Source: Selaginella moellendorffii
Lineage: Eukaryota; Plantae; Lycopodiophyta
DNA length: 10,541 nt
Reading direction: 5' to 3'
NCBI RefSeq assembly: GCF_000143415.4
Contig: NW_003314591.1
Coordinates: forward strand, 1 to 10,541
Below the pieces are notes generated by a model that was not told the DNA's origin, made no database searches, and saw only the letters and a list, made by a program, of their open reading frames with translations. Shown here piece by piece: positions 9,107-10,541 of the stretch. Numbering within the stretch: the first letter of the stretch is position 1; the number at the start of each line of letters is the position of its first letter. The translations under genes and the position numbers were made by a program.

Positions 9107-9727
9107 ATTACTTACTTACTTTATCCTCATTACTTGAATTTAAAAATTTAACACTTCCATTCAATGGAGGTAAATAGTTAAATGATATGTCATTGCTTAG
9201 TTCTTCAAGAGTCAAAAAAGATCCCAAAAAAATATATAAAAAGTTAGTAATATATAACATTTGACAACATAGCTAACATTACTTAATTTTTGCTAAAATG
9301 AAGTTGGTTTTTATAAAATAATAATATTCAAACTTTCCATCATTTTTACCATTTTTTTTTACAATTGTAACATTTAATCACCTTTATAATAATTTTAAAA
9401 ATTTCAATACTATGTAATTATTTTTTCTTACCTCAATGTTTCAATTTATTTTTCAATCCTATAGAGGATAAAATGAATAAATAAGAGTTTAATTTTAATA
9501 ATAGAGTGAATTTGGATAACATTATTTATGAAGTAATAACAAGTATAACTATTAATAAGTAACTCTTGGTTAAAGAGTTTAATAATTTATTAGATTAAAG
9601 AGCCAAAAAATTTTGTCACTCACTTAAATTCTAAGGTTTAAAGGAAACTGTTATAGCAGTGTGGTGTCTAGGAGCGGCGTTATATGTGGGGGGATGTTAT
9701 ATGCACCTTTTTGGGCTTGGAATCTGT

Positions 9728-9791
9728 CTGGGTTGACCTGGGAGCACCCTGGGCCCTGATTCTGGGCCCGGGATCCTCTGGGTCAATCCGG
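9728..9791. repeat. GC-rich imperfect inverted repeat with multiple CTGGG motifs
   Basis: Outer arms CTGGGTTGACC / GGTCAATCCGG, inner arms CCTGGGCCC / GGGCCCGGG, loop TGATTCT. CTGGG occurs at 9728, 9738, 9749, 9762 and 9778. Confidence 0.6.
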
Positions 9792-9832
9792 TTGCACACA
9801 TGGCAATCTAAATAAAGTTTTTAGGTTTGGCA

Positions 9833-9860
9833 GGAAATAAGGCAGTGCTATAATCGGTGT
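9833..9860 (+). repeat. 28-bp direct repeat, copy 1 (copy 2 at 10514-10541)
   Basis: GGAAATAAGGCAGTGCTATAATCGGTGT is identical at both positions, 681 bp apart. Confidence 0.95.
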
Positions 9861-9951
9861 GCTTAAGAAAATTCACAAGAGATGGAATCACTGCACCAGC
9901 CTTCAAGAGGACAATTAGATAACTCAAGAGCACCCACAGTTCACTGACATG

Positions 9952-10511
9952 TGTTGAACCATATGAGACATCGATCCTGGTAGGAATGTGGACGTCTGTA
10001 AACTCAACGAAGGTAATACTGGTACCGACTTCTGGCGAAGAAACATGGAGTTGGCAGCTTTGGATAGTACACCTGGATCAAGTTTTGACTGATCAATGTT
10101 GAGTAAAATAGCATCGATAATCTCCGGAAGACGATAATCTGCGTCATATGACGAATGGTGCTTGATAGCGTCTAAATGGCCAGCCAAGACAACTCGTAAA
10201 ATCCAGGCTCGATCTCGTACGTCATAGTTTAAATCACAGGCGGCAAGATCCAGAATATACTGAAGAATTAACAGGACAGTTTTCAAAGACGAGCACCGTT
10301 GAGAAGATGAAATGATCTGGATTATTTTTTCTGTAAGATAGAGATCAGCAGCAAAGAAGCTTACCTTCGCAAGGCAGTTCAAAACTTGAAGCTTAGTTCC
10401 ATTAGACTCGTCTGCAAACGTTTTGGCTAGATACCGCAGGGCCACAGGGATTCCTTCAGCAAGTGCAGGACGAGCAATCGCTTGTTCACCAACAATCCAA
10501 ATGACGACTTC
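9952..10511 (-). pseudogene. AP3B: Internal fragment of the AP-3 adaptor complex beta subunit (C-terminal part of the adaptin trunk)
   Basis: EVVIWIVGE...LRYLAKTFADESNGTKLQVLNCLAK | IISS...LQYILDLAACDLNYDVRDRA...FLPGSMSHMVQH. An in-frame 48-nt GTAAGC..CCAG intron lies at 10364-10317. DLNYDVRDRA and LPGSxSxxVxH are typical of beta-3 adaptin. The expected continuation (APGYxPLP, recalled) is absent and the frame stops at 9924-9926. Confidence 0.8.
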
Positions 10512-10513
10512 GT

Positions 10514-10541
10514 GGAAATAAGGCAGTGCTATAATCGGTGT
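10514..10541 (+). repeat. 28-bp direct repeat, copy 2 (runs off the window end)
   Basis: Identical to 9833-9860. Its true length cannot be determined within this window. Confidence 0.95.

Noticed and set aside
9730-9782. G-quadruplex from six GGG tracts
   Set aside because: Loops are mostly 7-10 nt and the region is better explained as a self-complementary hairpin.
9833-10541. CRISPR-like array from the 28-bp repeats
   Set aside because: There are only two copies 681 bp apart around intron-containing eukaryotic gene sequence, and no cas genes.
1-10541. Biosynthetic gene cluster around the P450
   Set aside because: No second metabolic enzyme is present in the window, and an unsized gap separates the P450 from the right-hand sequence.

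Overview
Eukaryotic land-plant genomic DNA. Very short GT-AG introns (48-92 nt) and tight gene spacing suggest a compact genome such as the lycophyte Selaginella (inference). From left to right: (1) the last two exons of a small conserved plant gene (+) whose C-terminus is interrupted by an in-frame TAG; (2) a convergent, intact two-exon CYP71-clan cytochrome P450 (-, about 503 aa) with several atypical motif substitutions; (3) a 100-N assembly gap; (4) AT-rich DNA holding a decayed Ty3/gypsy LTR retrotransposon (3222-9106) with an ATTAC target-site duplication, a PPT, a full 1140-bp 3' LTR and a 5' LTR cut at 419 bp by a junction with 3x12-bp filler DNA; (5) a GC-rich imperfect palindrome; (6) an intron-containing AP-3 beta-adaptin fragment (-) bracketed by an identical 28-bp direct repeat, probably a chimeric tandem duplication. 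The most unusual signals are a 39:1 transition:transversion ratio with a positional gradient between the LTRs, an internal region far more decayed and strand-skewed than its LTRs, a possible PHD-finger relic after the integrase, and a decayed ABRE array in the LTR. I found no convincing wholly new multi-gene system. All homology calls come from motif recognition, not database searches.
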